Assembly (NCBI GenBank): GCA_964016885.1
Contig: OZ024741.1
Location: 267,158,001-267,222,000 of the forward strand
Length of the DNA: 64,000 nt
From: Eledone cirrhosa
Lineage: Eukaryota
Direction of reading: 5' to 3'
Made by a program: the position numbers and the translations under genes. The notes beneath the pieces were generated by a model, which did no database searches, was not told the DNA's origin, and saw only the letters and a program-made list of their open reading frames with translations. Below are positions 44,401 through 59,100 of this stretch, one piece after another. Each line of letters starts with the position of its first letter. Positions within the stretch are counted from its first letter, which is position 1.

Positions 44401-47400
44401 GCTAAATCGCCCAATGCGGTCCCTAGGGCATTGAAAATTTGAAAATTTTTTTGCTCAGAGCACTCCCTGAAACATAAGTATTATGTGTAAAGTTTGAAAA
44501 TAGTCGGTTGGGTGGTTCTCGAGTTTTAGGGATTCGAACTCACACACACACAGACAGACATCCTCAGTTTTATATATATAGACTAGCAGAAAACCACCCG
44601 GTGGGCGGTTTTCTGCTAGCAAATCTAGTGTAAATACTGATATTGTTGAGATTTGGATGAGAAATGTTTTCGGCACCACATGTTCACCGTCTCTCGGTGT
44701 GTCTTTTATGCATGTATAAATATATATGTTATCTATACGGTGAAATCTTTGAAATAAATATATGTTAAAACGAAAAAGGAGAAAAAGAGATTAGTGACGG
44801 AAATATAAACGTTATGATACATAAATGTTATGATATAACGATGGAAATATATCTTCAAATGGTCCTTGGCATGGTGTCAAGTCAGAACCGCCTAGAACTG
44901 GTTACTTCTGGCTTGTGCAAGGTGTCTCTATAGCAACCAGCGATTCCCTCGGCCTCAGTGACCAAAGTCAGTGGAGAGGGGAAGGTAATGTTTCTATAGC
45001 GACAGTGTTTCTCTTGGTAGTACCAAAGTGGAGAAAGGAAGGGGAAGGTAATATTTCTGTAGCACCTACATTTGAGTTTTAGGGAAGGACAGACAGACAA
45101 ACAGAGAAATGCCCATATATTTCTGTGTGTGTATATATATATATATATATATTACACACACAGAAATGTATATATATTTCTGTGTATATATATTACACAC
45201 ACAGAAATGTATATATATTTCTGTGTGTATATATATATATTACACACACAGAAATGTATATATATTTCTGTGTGTGTATATATATATTACACACACAGAA
45301 ATGTATATATATTTCTTAGAACAAAATTATTATTAATGTTTTGCTGTTCATAACAATTGGAATTGAAAAATTACTTTTGAAATGATTAGTTATTTTACTA
45401 ATGCTTAGATATGTAAAAATGAAGCAATGTTTCTAATAATTGTTTCTACTTTTGGCACAAGGCCAGCAATTACCCAGTACATTACTGGTACTTTATTTTA
45501 TCGACCCCGTGAGGATGAAAGGCAAAGTTAACCTCGGCGGTATTTGAACTCATGGTGTCCAACTCTCTACAGATTCTGCCAATCCACCGCCCTAATGTCT
45601 GTACGTAATGAGGGAGTGAGAGGGGAGAGAAAGAAAGGCAGAGGTGAAGTGATGAAGTGACTCTCTCCTCCTCCATCTCCGCATTCGTCACAGCGATAGA
45701 GGGGAGGAATGTTAGTGTGTTACAAAGAGAAAGAGTGAGAGTGAGAGAAACAGACAGACTAAAAGAGAGGGATAGTTGGAGAGAGAGAGAGAGAGATAGC
45801 AACCACGCGCGCACGTGTTTCCACTGTCGGACAGACAGACAGAGAAATTGCTGGTTATATATTATAAGGAGATAAACAACAATTGCCTGAGTCACAGCCC
45901 TGGCCAAAATGCCTGGTGGCATTTATAACAGCTCTTTGCTGTCATCATTATCATATTACTCAATCCCACCAAATTCTTGATTATTTTCTAAATTTATTGA
46001 GAATTATAGGCAGTATCTTTATTAAAAATATTATAATGAAAGGGTTAATACTTTTGATACCAACCTGGTTAAAGCCTGCCCTGGTTCTATGAAATAAAAC
46101 CACCTGTTTTAAAGGAATCCTATTTAAATTGAAATCTTCCAACATAGTTTTCTATAAGCACCATATGTTAAGTTATTATATTAGTTATAAAATAATTGAA
46201 AATTTTAGTAAATCCCTCAAAATTCTATATTATTAATTGAAATAAAATATATTTCATTGGAAATATAATCATCAAAGGGTTAAAGCAAAAGTAATTTACA
46301 TAAATGAACAGAGCAAAGAAGTTTTACTTACTTAACTTCAGATATCAAACTATGCATTTCATCCATCAATGCCTGGTTTTCCTCCTCAAACTAAAATAAA
46401 CAATGAAATATACTTATCATGATGGAGAAGGTAGTGAGAGCATGGGGGTTGGTAAGAGAGAGATGTAGTGGAGAGGGAAAAACGGAGACACCTGTGCTGG
46501 GCCCTGCAACTCTAATTTCTGTTTTATAGCAAGGAAAATCGCTTTAATCCTTTTTATTCCAATTCATCCTAAACTGCTTCTGGTTCTATGAAACAAAGCC
46601 ACTCATTTTTATTTAAATTAAAACCCGCTAACATAATTTTATAAAAGAACCATTTATTAAGTTACAAATTAATTAGAAATATGGTCATGAATGCATTAAA
46701 AAGATAAGGAAATATTTTTACAAAAAAATTACTCAACCCCAATATAAAAATCCCAAACAATATATACTTTTTCTGCTTCTTCAGGTGATATCATGTCTTC
46801 CTCCTCAGCCTCTTCAGGAGGTTGCCAAGAAGAATTTTTTACAGAAGTACGATCTTTTGAAGGAGTCTTGCCATTTTCACCTGGAACTTTTTCTGAAATA
46901 TATATATAACATATGGTAGCAGCACTGATACAAAAAGTAAATATGTTGAGAGATTGGAGACTGCATGGAGTAGAGAGCTTTCTTTTTAAACTGCAGTCAT
47001 CATCATCATCATCACCATTTTACGTCCGTTCTTCCACGCTAGCATGGGTTAGACGGGTTGTCCAGTTGTGGGCAGTGTCTGGTCGGCTGACCATGCCTTG
47101 CTCATACAGGAACTGATTTGGCTTGATTTCTACAGCTGGATGCCCTTCCTAACACCAACCTCATTTACAGTGAGTGCTGGGTGCTTTTTCGTGGCGCCTA
47201 CATGTCCACTTTACAGTGTGGGCTGGGTGCTTTTTTGCCGTGGCACCTCCACGACCACCTTGCGGTGGGGTGTGTGGGGGCATATTGTCTATATGCTTCA
47301 GCTTGTACCCATGGGAGGTCGGGTACTCTGTATTACTGCGTGACGCCAGAAGTCACGGTCGTGTGTCATTGCCTTTGAGAGGTGTAATTGGGTAAGGTCG

Positions 47401-50386
47401 GCTTTTATCACCTCATCCCAGGTCATCTTGGGTCTCCCCACTCCGCAGTTTCCATCAACTTCTAGTGCTCTGCACCTTTTTATGCAGCTGTCATCCTTCA
47501 TACGCATCACATGTCCATACCAGCGCAACCGCCTCTCCTGCACACAGCATTTGATTCCTCTTATGCTCAGTCTCTTTCTCAATTCATTTATGTCGTTCAC
47601 GTATATTACTGTTACACATCCATCGGAGCATGCAGGCTTCGTTTCTCTCTAATCTACGTAAGTCTTCCACTTTCAGCGCCCAGGTCTCACTACCATGCAA
47701 CATCGCTGTTCGGATACACGCATCATACAGTCTGCCTTTCATTCTGAGGGAGAAGCCTTTTGCAGCTAGCAGTGGTAGTAGTTCCCTAAACTTCTTCCAT
47801 CCCGTTCTTACCCTAGTTATTGTACTTTCTGAACACCCACCTCCGCTGCTAATTCGGTCACCTAGGTAGCAAAAGCTGTCTACTGTTTCTACAGAGCCCT
47901 CCCAGAGATTGGTGGTACTTGTTTCCTCTGGCTGTTTGCTGCTTGCTGTCTCAGCACAGCTGCTGCATGTGAATCCTACATTCTTAATTAAGCTTCCTGA
48001 GATCCCGCTACATCTCTTGTGTACCCATTGTTTGCATTTGGGGCAGAGAATGGAGTTCCTACCTATACCTTTCCTACATACTGAGCAAGGTCATTTCCCT
48101 GAGGGGATCTGGGTTCTGTTTTCTTGTCTACTTACAAGGACCTTAGTCTTTGTCATGTTGACTTTGAGACCCTTTCTTTCTAGTCCCTGCTTCCAAGTTT
48201 GGAATTTCTTCTCTAGTTCTACCATAGATTCAGCTATAAGTGCAAGGTCATCAGCATACAGGAGTTCCCATGGGCATCCAGTCTTAAACTCCTCCGTTAT
48301 TGCCTGCAGGACTATGATGAACAGGAGAGGGCTAAGAATAGAGCCCTGGTGGACCCCAACCTGTACGCTAAATTCCTCGCTATACTCATTGCTAATCCTA
48401 ACTTTGCTGACTGCTCCCCTATACATGGCTTGTACAGCTTTCACTAGCCATTCATCTACTCCTAGTTTTCTAAGAGTCCACCAGATTACAGCACGTGGAA
48501 GTCTGTCAAAGGCTTTCTCAAGGTCGACAAATGCCAAGTAGAGTGGCTTACTTTTAGCTAGGTACTTTTCCTGTAATTGCCTCACAAGGAAGAGGGCATC
48601 AGTGGTGCCTCTTCCTGGTACAAACCCAAATTGCATCTCGTCTATTTTCACCCGGTCCCTAATCAGCTGTGCTATAACTCTTTCTGTTACTTTCATGACC
48701 TGGTCCATCAACTTGAATGAGATAAACTTTCTAGTGTAGATGGTATGATGGAATGCACTTAGTACCCCATTGTAAAGTGGCTGACAAATGAACCATGATA
48801 ATGTAAGATTTAAAAAAAAGTCTGTCATAAGCCAGAAGGCTCATTAAGCCAGTGCTTATCTGGTTTCATGGCATGAAGCAACTGAAAATACAAGACTCCT
48901 CTCCTAGACAGAACACCAGTTCATCGCAGGGTTAAACCCCCAGCTATTGCTGGTACTCATTTTCAGCTGAGTATACTGGAGCAATGTGAAATGAAGTGTT
49001 TTGCTCAAGAACACAACATGCAACCCAGGAATCAAACTCACGGCATTATGATCATAAGTCCAACACCCTTACCACTAGGCTACGTGCCTCCACAACATGT
49101 CATTATGTTAATAACATGCTAAAACACACACTACACTCTGTAAACTAGTTGGTATAATGAAGGGTATCAAACCGTAGAAACCATGCCAAAATATTAAAAT
49201 CTAACATAATTTGATATAAAAACCTTTTGCTATGTTACAAATACCAGTCATAATGAAATAGCTAAAAATTTAAGTAAATCCCTCCAAATTCTTCATTAAT
49301 CTATTCAAATACAGTGTGTTTCATTTTCATTACAGATATGGAAATGTTTGGCTGCTGTTATTTTTCAGTAGGCAGCAAATTGGTAGAATCATTAGAGTAT
49401 TGCAGTATTTGTTCTGGCTCAGAGTGTTCTGAGCTAAAATCCTGCTTCCTGTCACTGGAAAAATAGTGACCCTCGATCATTAAAACAGCCAAGAACCCCT
49501 AAGATATGAAACCTAATAGGAGATCAGCTAAATCTATACAGGTGAGCTGTAACAACAAACCACCTTCAGTAAGGAAACACTTCTCCAGAGTTTCTGATTT
49601 TACTGATGATTAACTCTTTTGATACCAAACCTACTCCAAACTGTCTCTGGTTCTATAAAACAAAACCACCCATTTTTAAAGAGTTCCCATTTCAATAGAT
49701 TTGATGAGAACCTTTAGTTATGTTACAAATATCATCTTAATAATGAAATAATTAATAATTTAGTAAATCTTCTTAAATTTTTCATTAACCCTTTTATTAT
49801 CATAATACTTATGACAGACACTCTCAGATTTTCAAATAATTTTGAAAAAAGATCAGAATTGGAAGTGATTTAGCAATATAAATAATTTTATCATTATTAA
49901 CATAACTTAACAAACGTTCTTACATAAAATCATGATGGAAGGTTTTTTTTAAAAACAAATATATAAATATAAATACATTAACTCTTTAGCATTTACATTA
50001 CTCTATATATATATACTATTGTATTTTCATGATAAACACTTTAACATAATATGGAATCTACAAGGTTTTGATATTATTTATTTTGAGAACAATACCTTAA
50101 CATCAGTATGAGTGGCCAGTTATGGCCGATTTGAACAGAAAGAGGTGAGAGAGTTCTGGCCGGATATGGCCGGTTTAAATGATCAAGGGTTGAAACAAAC
50201 AGTTTTGTATCATAGTACTGGGAACAGTTTCAGGTAATTTGGTATTGAAGGGGTTGATTAATTGTCATAATAGGGTACAGTGGAACCTTGGTTCACAAAA
50301 TTAATTTGTTCCTGAAGGCCGTTCATCACAGGAAATGTTCATAAACTGAAACTATTTTTTCCCATATGAAATGTTAAGAGAAATAC

Positions 50387-50424
<38 letters not shown>

Positions 50425-52201
50425 GATGTGAAAGACTGACAGATATCACTATAGTAACTAACTACACAGCAAGTGATACTTTCTCGCTGATACTCCCAAC
50501 CATTGCTGCTGGCTTATGAGTTTGTTACTCGAGACACCATTCGTGAACCGAAACGTTTTGTTTGGAAAAATTGTTCACCTGATTTGTTCATGATGAGAGG
50601 CATTCGTGAACTAAGGTTCCACCGTACTTCATCAGAAATATGGTCATGAAAGGGTTAAAGGGAAGAATTGCTGGCAACACTTGGAACTATGAGAAACCAA
50701 GAAATCAGGTGCAAGTAGATGTTTAGACAGAAAACAACAAAACAAAAGAAAAACAAAAAGTTTTACCTTGAGAAGCCAAAGGTTCATTACTGGAAGATAA
50801 CTTCCAGAAACTTTCAAGTAGTCTTTGTTCTGGTTCCAGTCTGGAGCTGTCAAAAATCAAGAGAGACCAGAAGATTATTATTTTTTTTCTGTCTGGTTGC
50901 TATGGAGAAAGAAGTCAAGACTGAGGACAGTTACTATGGTCAAGCTCTCGACTTTTTCAAGTTCTACTTGAAAAGGAAGGAGAGATTGAAGAGAGGGGTA
51001 CTCTCCTCCAGTGATTGGTATAAAAAGTGGGCAACTGAGGCAAAAATAGCAAGAATGAATGGTTCCATTACCAGCATGTGCCTGTAGGTCTGAGAAGGAA
51101 AATTGCAAAATAGCACTTGCTCTTGGTGATCAGGGTGACTTGATTTGTGAGGTTCTTCAATTGTCCATATTTGGAGACTCTCTTGTACCTGGAAGACTGT
51201 TTCATCATATATACTATGTATATATTGAACTCACAACCTTGCAGTCGAAAGGTTGTGAGTTCACTTCTCAGACCGGGTGATATGTTGTTTCCTTGAGCAA
51301 GACACTTTATTTCACATTGCTCCAGTTTACTCAGCTGTAGAAATGAGATGATAGGGACTGGGGTCCATATCATTCCACTGCAATGTGGTCGTGGAGGTGC
51401 CACGGCAAAAAAGCACCCAGCCCACACTGTAAAGTGGACGTGTAGGCGCCACGGAAAAAAAAGCACCCAGCACTCACTGTAAATGAGGTTGGTGTTAGGA
51501 AGGGCATCCAGCTGTAGAAACCAAGCCAGAATCAGTTCCCGTCCCACCCTTGGAAGCAGGGAAAAGCGGACGAAAAATGATGATGATGATGATGATACTG
51601 CATATATATATGCATCTCTCTCTCTCTCTGTATATATATATAAGATTGTGTTGTTATGGCGATGTGATGCGTATGAAGGACAACAGTTGTATAAAAATGT
51701 GCAGAGCAATCAAAATTGATGGAAGCTATGGAGCGGGTAGACCAAGAAAAACCTGGGATGAAGTGATAAAAACTGACCTTACACCTCTCTAAGACAATGT
51801 CACTGGATCAAGATCTTTGGCACTATGCAGTTATACAGAAGACCAGCCTTCCCTTGCATACAAACTTAAACCTACAGTCAGTAGGCACCTCTTAACCCAA
51901 TATACACCCCATCCCATACACCCTACTCCATCCCCCCATTTCCGTCCATTATGTCGGTGACAACAAAAAGCACCCAGTCCACACTGTAAAGTGGTTGTGT
52001 ACGAGACATGGTAAAAAGTCTCCCAGTCCACACTGTAAAGGTGGTTGGTGTTAGGAAGGGCATCCAGCCATAGAAAACCTGCCAGGGACAGTTCTGTACG
52101 AGCGAGGCATGGTCTCTCGACCAATCCTGCTTCAAGTGGAACAAAACTGCCTAACCCATGCTAGCGTGGAAGATGGACGTTAAACGATGATGATGATGAT
52201 G

Positions 52202-52233
<32 letters not shown>

Positions 52234-53107
52234 AGTCCAGAAATAGACGATGAAACGGCTTGAACCGTGCCGTCAGGGTCCTGAACCTTTTTCTATATAC
52301 ATATACATACAAGAAAGTAGTACAGCATAATCGAAGCTCTGGTTGCGGGCAAGCTAACGAATATGTATACATATACATATATAGATGTATCTCTCTCACT
52401 ATATATATATATATATATATATACATATATACTTATTTATCATTTTATTTGTTTCAATCATTTGATTTTCATGAATCCTGTCCTTGTAATGTTCCTGTCA
52501 CCTGGTGCCCTTTTAGCAAATAGAATTGTCATTATCATTAATATTACTTTTGAGTTGATAAAATAAAATACCAGTCATGTACTAGAGTAGACATCATTGA
52601 CTTACTCCTCCCTTCAAACTGCTGGCCTTCTTGCCTAAATTAATATTAGAGTATGTGTGTATGGGTATGACTTTATAATACCATTAGGTACTTACATGCG
52701 TTTTTTGTCAACGACTCGCTTCACACGAACTGCTCTCTGTTCACTGTACATCTTGCAAACAGCTGCAAAGTGAAATACAATAATTTATTTTAAATGTCCT
52801 GTACCACATTTGCAAGGCATTCTTGAAAAGTACAAAACACCACTATGACTACATCACATTAAAAATTGAATTGCAAATTTTCGCAACAGTCTGTTCATTA
52901 GTAAAAAGGAAAAGAAACAAACCAATCACTAGATCATTATCATCATCATCATTTAACGACCATCTTCCACGGTAGCATGGATTAGATGGGAATTGTCCCA
53001 CTTGAGGCAAGATTGATCAGGTGACCGAGTCTCGCTCAGATTATGAAAACTGTTTCTATTGGTCTTTCTATTGTTGATATTATCTGTCAGTCACAACTCC
53101 TGGCAGA

Positions 53108-53169
<62 letters not shown>

Positions 53170-56100
53170 GAAAGGAGCCAATTCTCAGATCAGACCAAGG
53201 AATCTGTGCATGCATTGGTCTTTTGATTGTTGATACAATCTGCCAGTCATAATTCCTGACATACAGAAACAGAGTTTCAACTAAGAATATACAGAGCCAG
53301 ATCAGATATGAAAAAAAAAAAAAATATATATATATCAATTGACTGACAAGATCCCAGACCTCATTCACTTACCGAGTGGGGTGGAACTCATCAAATTGAA
53401 CCAAGAAAACAATGTTTCCATTGGTCTTTCTATTGCTAGTTGCAACTCCTGGCAGAAAGAGCAACATAAAATAAAGTGTCTTGCTCAAAGACATAACACA
53501 TAGCCCAATCCAGGAATCGAAATTGCAACCTCATCTTTGTGAATCCAGTTCTCTATCCTCTAAGTAACCTATTTGACTCTTTAATAATTCCTCCAAACCG
53601 CCACCCCAGTAGTTGACTGAAACAAATATCAAGACATTTAATTTGATGCTGTTTAAGGTGATGAAGTTGAGAAATTATTAGAGTTGTTTTTGTATAGGAA
53701 AACAACTGCCTTGGAGCGCTTCTTCTAGTTCTCTGTACTCAGAGTTCAAACCCTGCTGAGATCAACTTCATCCTTTTAGGTTGATAAAACAAATGCCAGT
53801 CCAGGGCAATGGACTGGTGGAATGGTTAGAGTGTTGGGTAAGATGCTTTACAGTATTTGTTCTGGCTCTTAGCTTTCAGAGTTCAAATTTTGCCACAGCC
53901 AACTTGGGTGGAAGATTAATCTGTTGCTTGGTTTAAAACCACCTTCTGGCCCTTGAATGCTTCTACTAGAGTTCATGCTGTTGCAAGACTTCAGGTTAGG
54001 TCTCCAGTTTGAGGATACTTTCCTTTGTGTCTCTCTCGCCACTTCTGGAAGCCCTGAAAAGGGTCATGGGTACTGTTGCAGTAAATAAAAAAGAAAGAAA
54101 ACATTCCATTGTGTGGCACCCTAGACAAATGCCTTCTATTTTGTCTCTGGTTGACCAATACCATGTGAGTAAAATGTTGGTGCATTGAGTTACATCCATT
54201 TACAAAAATGAAAAGTCCAACTTAGACATCCAGTGAAAAAAAACAAAAGAAATTGTTAAAATAAGTATTAGCGCTGTGACACAGTTTCTCTCTCAACACA
54301 TCCATGCTCGGTCGTTCATGCACATTGACATTGCACATCCAACAGAGCATGTTTGCTTCATTTCTCTCCAGCCATCGCATATCCTCTGCAGTTGCTGCCC
54401 AAGTCTCACTACCATGCAGCATCATGCTCCTCACACAGGCATCATATAACCGGCCTTTCGTACGCAGGGAAAAACCCTTCTTCGTCAGCAGAGGAAGCAG
54501 CTCGCTAAAATTCTTCCAAACCGTCCTTATTCTAGATACTATGGCCTCGGAACATACTAATCTGATCAGCTAGGTACCGGAAGCTACTTGTATCTGGAAC
54601 TCCTCACTAAACTCCATTCCTACCTTCACTTAACTGACAGCATCTGTACAAAGCTTGCACTGTCCTCACAAGCCATTCTTCAACACCTAGTTTCTTTAGG
54701 GGCCACCAGATGACAGATCGGGGTACCCTATCAAAGGCCTTCTCTAGGGCAACAAAAACCAAATATAGTGGCTTATTTTTCTCTAAGAACCTCTCTTGTA
54801 ATTGTTTCACTAAGAAGAGGGCATCTGTTGTACTTTTCCCAGGCACAAAACCAAAGTGCATGTCTTCTAGTTTGACCTTTTCTCTAATTAGTTGCGCTAA
54901 TATCCTTTCTGCCACTTTCATAACCTGATCCATCAGTTTTATACCCCTATAATTGCTCCTCTCCAGAGCATCCCCTTTACTTTTGTAGCAATTTATGAGA
55001 ATACTGCTGCACCAGTCTTTGGGTATGACACCGCCATATATAGCCTGATTGATGATGCGTGCAACCAGTTTAGTGACTATGTCCCCTGATGCCTTCAGCA
55101 TCTCAGCAACTATCCCTGATGGTCCAGCGGCCTTACCATTTTTCATTTCCTTAATCGCCTCTTGGACACTATATTCGTCAATCTCAATAGCTGGTCTCTC
55201 TGTCGGATCTACTGAGGGTAATTTCTCTCTCTCCCATTCGTTCTCCACATTCATCAGCCTCTCATAATGACATTTCCAGGCCTCCTTTTTCTGATCATTC
55301 GTAACACTAAGTACACCAGCATCATTCCGGACACATTTATCTCCAACAACATCCGGATTTACATTGTGGAACACCGCACGTCTCTGATCTTCCCGTTGCA
55401 GAACATTGGCAAACCTACTCTCAGCCTCCCTGCGTGCTAAGTACACCTGACGTCTAGCTTCTCTCTTAGCGGCTGTATACCCTTCTCTACTCCTACCCCT
55501 TTTCCAAGCCTTCCATGCTAGTCTTTTGTCTCTCATGGCCCTATATATATAGAATAATCTAAATGATTTACAATAAAAAAATTAAAAAAGTATTAGAGTA
55601 AGTACTGGAGATGAATATAATAATTTAGAAACCTTGCATGTGGTGAAGGAGTATTGAACTCACAATCATAAGGTCTTGGGTTTGATTCCTTGACTAAGTA
55701 GCACATTATGTTCTTAAGCAATACGCTTCATATCCTGTTGCTCTTCGTGATAGGACAGGAGTCCCTATCATTAAAACACTCAAGAAACTTCTGAGAGACG
55801 TAACTTGGTAGGAGGTTAACTAAACCTAAACAGGTAGGAGCCGTAAATTTAATTTTCATGTGGTGCCTTCAGCATTGCCAGAGTCAAAAGATTGAAACCA
55901 GTAAATGAATCAATGAAATAAATGCTTACACTTTAGATACGCTTCCAACAGTGAAATAACTCCATCCCAGTGTTGTCGAACTTGAGGAGTTACGGTTTTG
56001 CCACTAACTGCAACAGAGAGATTACAACATCAGTAGAAATACATCAGAAATTAATAAACATTTATACATAATATACATACATATATTTATATCATCATAT

Positions 56101-59100
56101 TCATCATCATTGTTTATATCCATGTTCCAAGCTGGCAAGGGTTAAATGGGTTTATGTATACAAACATACACAAAGTGTATCAAAAAGAATTATCTGATTT
56201 GAAAGACTATATTTTTTATACAAATGAACGTACAATTATGCAGTAACTTGTACAATACATGTCTAAATATAAATGAATGTATTTCACATATGATTAGAGG
56301 TTATTTGATATTTTATGGGCATTTCAAGTTTATTAGTAAATGTCTCTTACATGGTGTGTGTTGTGGTTTATTGGCACCAGGTATAAGAAATGGCTGCCAA
56401 TTCTAGTACCTAGACAGCTGTAAACTCCCTTTGTCAGTGTAGGGTTGTATGTGTCACTGATTAACTTGATAACCCAATCACAAGTGTGCTATAAAGCCAT
56501 GCTGGTGCTGAAGGATGATATAAGTCAATGCCGTTCAAAATAGTACACTATCAACAACGCAACAATATTAACAGTAGTGGTAAAAACAAGAAGAAAATAC
56601 TTATTCGATCATACTTTTGATCAAGCATGTCTTGTGTTACCAAATGTCATTTAAGAGAGGTAAGAACATAAGAATGCATATGAATGTAATTATGATAAGA
56701 AGGAAAAAAATACACATAAAACTGAATAAATGAAAAAGAAGACATAAATATAAGATTAGAGTATAAAATATGAATGTATACAAGAATTTAAAGTAAAGAG
56801 TGAGAAAAATAATAGAATGTGTTCTACTATTGCTAGTATAGTGTTTAGAGTAACGTAGGATAAGTGTTATGTTTAGTATGATTTATTATTTAAGGGTATT
56901 AGTGCGAGGTTCAGTGTGAGAATGTGTGTTTACTATCGCTAGTATAGTGTCTAGAGCAGGGGCATGCAACAGGCAGCCCGCAGCCCATAATCCGGCCCAC
57001 CAGACCAGTCAGAGTGGTCCGCGATGACCGTTTTTAATTTTTACCTTGTAGCTTATTTAGAATTTTTCGTAACCATAATACAATTTTCTGTTAGTTAACC
57101 TATACTAAAGGGCTTCACTGATAGGGTTATGTGTGTTGTAATTTCCCAGTTCCATGTTATGGAAAGAAGTTGTGGTTTTCATTAGATTACATATTTTTGA
57201 CAGTGACTGGTCCTAATAGTTGTTCCAATGTTCAAAAGTGGCTCGCCAACAGAATATGATGCACACCCCTGGTCTAGAGTAACCTAGGGTGTGTAAGTGT
57301 TAAGTCTAGTATGAATCAGTATTTAAGTGTGTGGTACACGGTCATTAGTAATATTAAAAATAAAAGAAGTTACATAATAGCTGTCTGATAAGGTCATATC
57401 TATTGCATAAATGATACCATTGAAATGCATATAACAGCAATGATGTAAGATTCTAACATGCTGCTTTATTCTTCATTATCATTATTATTACTATAATATA
57501 TATATATATATATATATATGAAATTTTGGCTTTGGCTTGATTAACAAGTCTGATGAACAGGTTAATGCTAGAGTCGTGTCTATAACATGACTATCTACAT
57601 TGAGCCAGTCATCTGTGAAACAATGAAAACATTGATGTGAAACTTCATCATGTTATTCTTGATATATACACTCTGCTATAGCATAGAGTGCTAATATTGG
57701 TACCACCTCCACTAAACTACTGAATAACCTAAACTATATATATATATTCACACTGTAAAGTGGTCGTGTAAGTGTCACAACAAAAAATGCCCAGTCCACA
57801 CTGCAAAGTAGTTGTGTAGGTGTCACAACAAAAAGTACCCAGTACACACTGTAAATGTGGTTGGTGTTAGGAGGGGCATCCAGTCGTAGAAACCAAGCCA
57901 AAATTAGTTTTGTATGAGCAAGACATGGTCATCTGATTTGGTTTATCTCAAAATGAGACAACTCATCTAACCCATGCTAGTGTGGAAAAATGGATGTGAT
58001 GATGATGATTCTCACACACACACACACACATATATATTAGTAGTAGCAATAACACAGCATGATTCAGGGTAGAAGCATATGTGGAAGCATATATAATCTC
58101 ACTGTAGTAATATCACAGTTACCCCAGGAGACGCGTGAAATGCCAACTAAATGTATTATTTTTATTGTTAATCCATCATCAGTAATGTTTACTCAGTTGA
58201 AACTGAGATAGAAAAGCTAATGTTTTTTATATATAGATTTGTTTATGATGACTTATTCACATATGGTTGTCCTTAATGATAGCACCTATTTGGCCAGAAT
58301 CCTTTAGTTACCAACTCGGCCAAAACTGGCTCTGGTTCTATATAATAAGGGCACCCATTTTAAAGGTTTCCAATTTAAATTAAAATTTTCAAACATAATT
58401 TAATATAAGAACCATAACATTAAGTTACTATCTAAACTATAATAAAGTAAGGAGTGCAGGACTGCATCCAGAATATATTTTTTTATCCCGGTTGTTGGAT
58501 TACTTTGTTGTTGGATTAAGTGGGATTACTTTGAATAAATAATGAATGAATATTACATAATTTATCTACTAAATTTCGTTATTCTTGATTAAATATAAAT
58601 AATTTTGTTGCTTATTCACTTCTTTAAAATTCACTTCTTTAAAATTTTCAAATGCCAACACTTCCGGTTAGCGATCGCTTAAATAAACATTCATATATTT
58701 CCATCACTTATTTTCTTCTAATGCAGTTTATATATAATATCATATTTTTTTAATGTATCATGGATTATGTTACTGATTACATAAGACAGTCTTCGTTCAA
58801 TTTCTGTGTATATTGTCAATTACGATTTTATTTGATGTATCATATCTACATGCATATATACTTGGGTATAATATCAATATGCACACTACACATGCTAGCA
58901 GAAAAACCACCTTTTGGGTGGTTTTTCTGCTAGTCTTAGTAATGAAATAATTAATAATTTTAGTAAATCCCTCAAAATTCTTCATTAATTAATTAAAAGA
59001 GAGTATATTTCATTAGAAATGCAGTATTGAAAGGGTTAATAGTAGTACCAGCTCTGAACACACAATTTCACACCAAGGATTTTGCAAAACAAATACAAAA

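Noticed and set aside
49564-49602. Possible extra 39-nt phase 1-1 STX18 exon ([13 protein letters not shown])
   Set aside because: Frame-compatible, but no polypyrimidine tract and a weak gtggtt donor; the model is complete without it. RNA-seq would decide.
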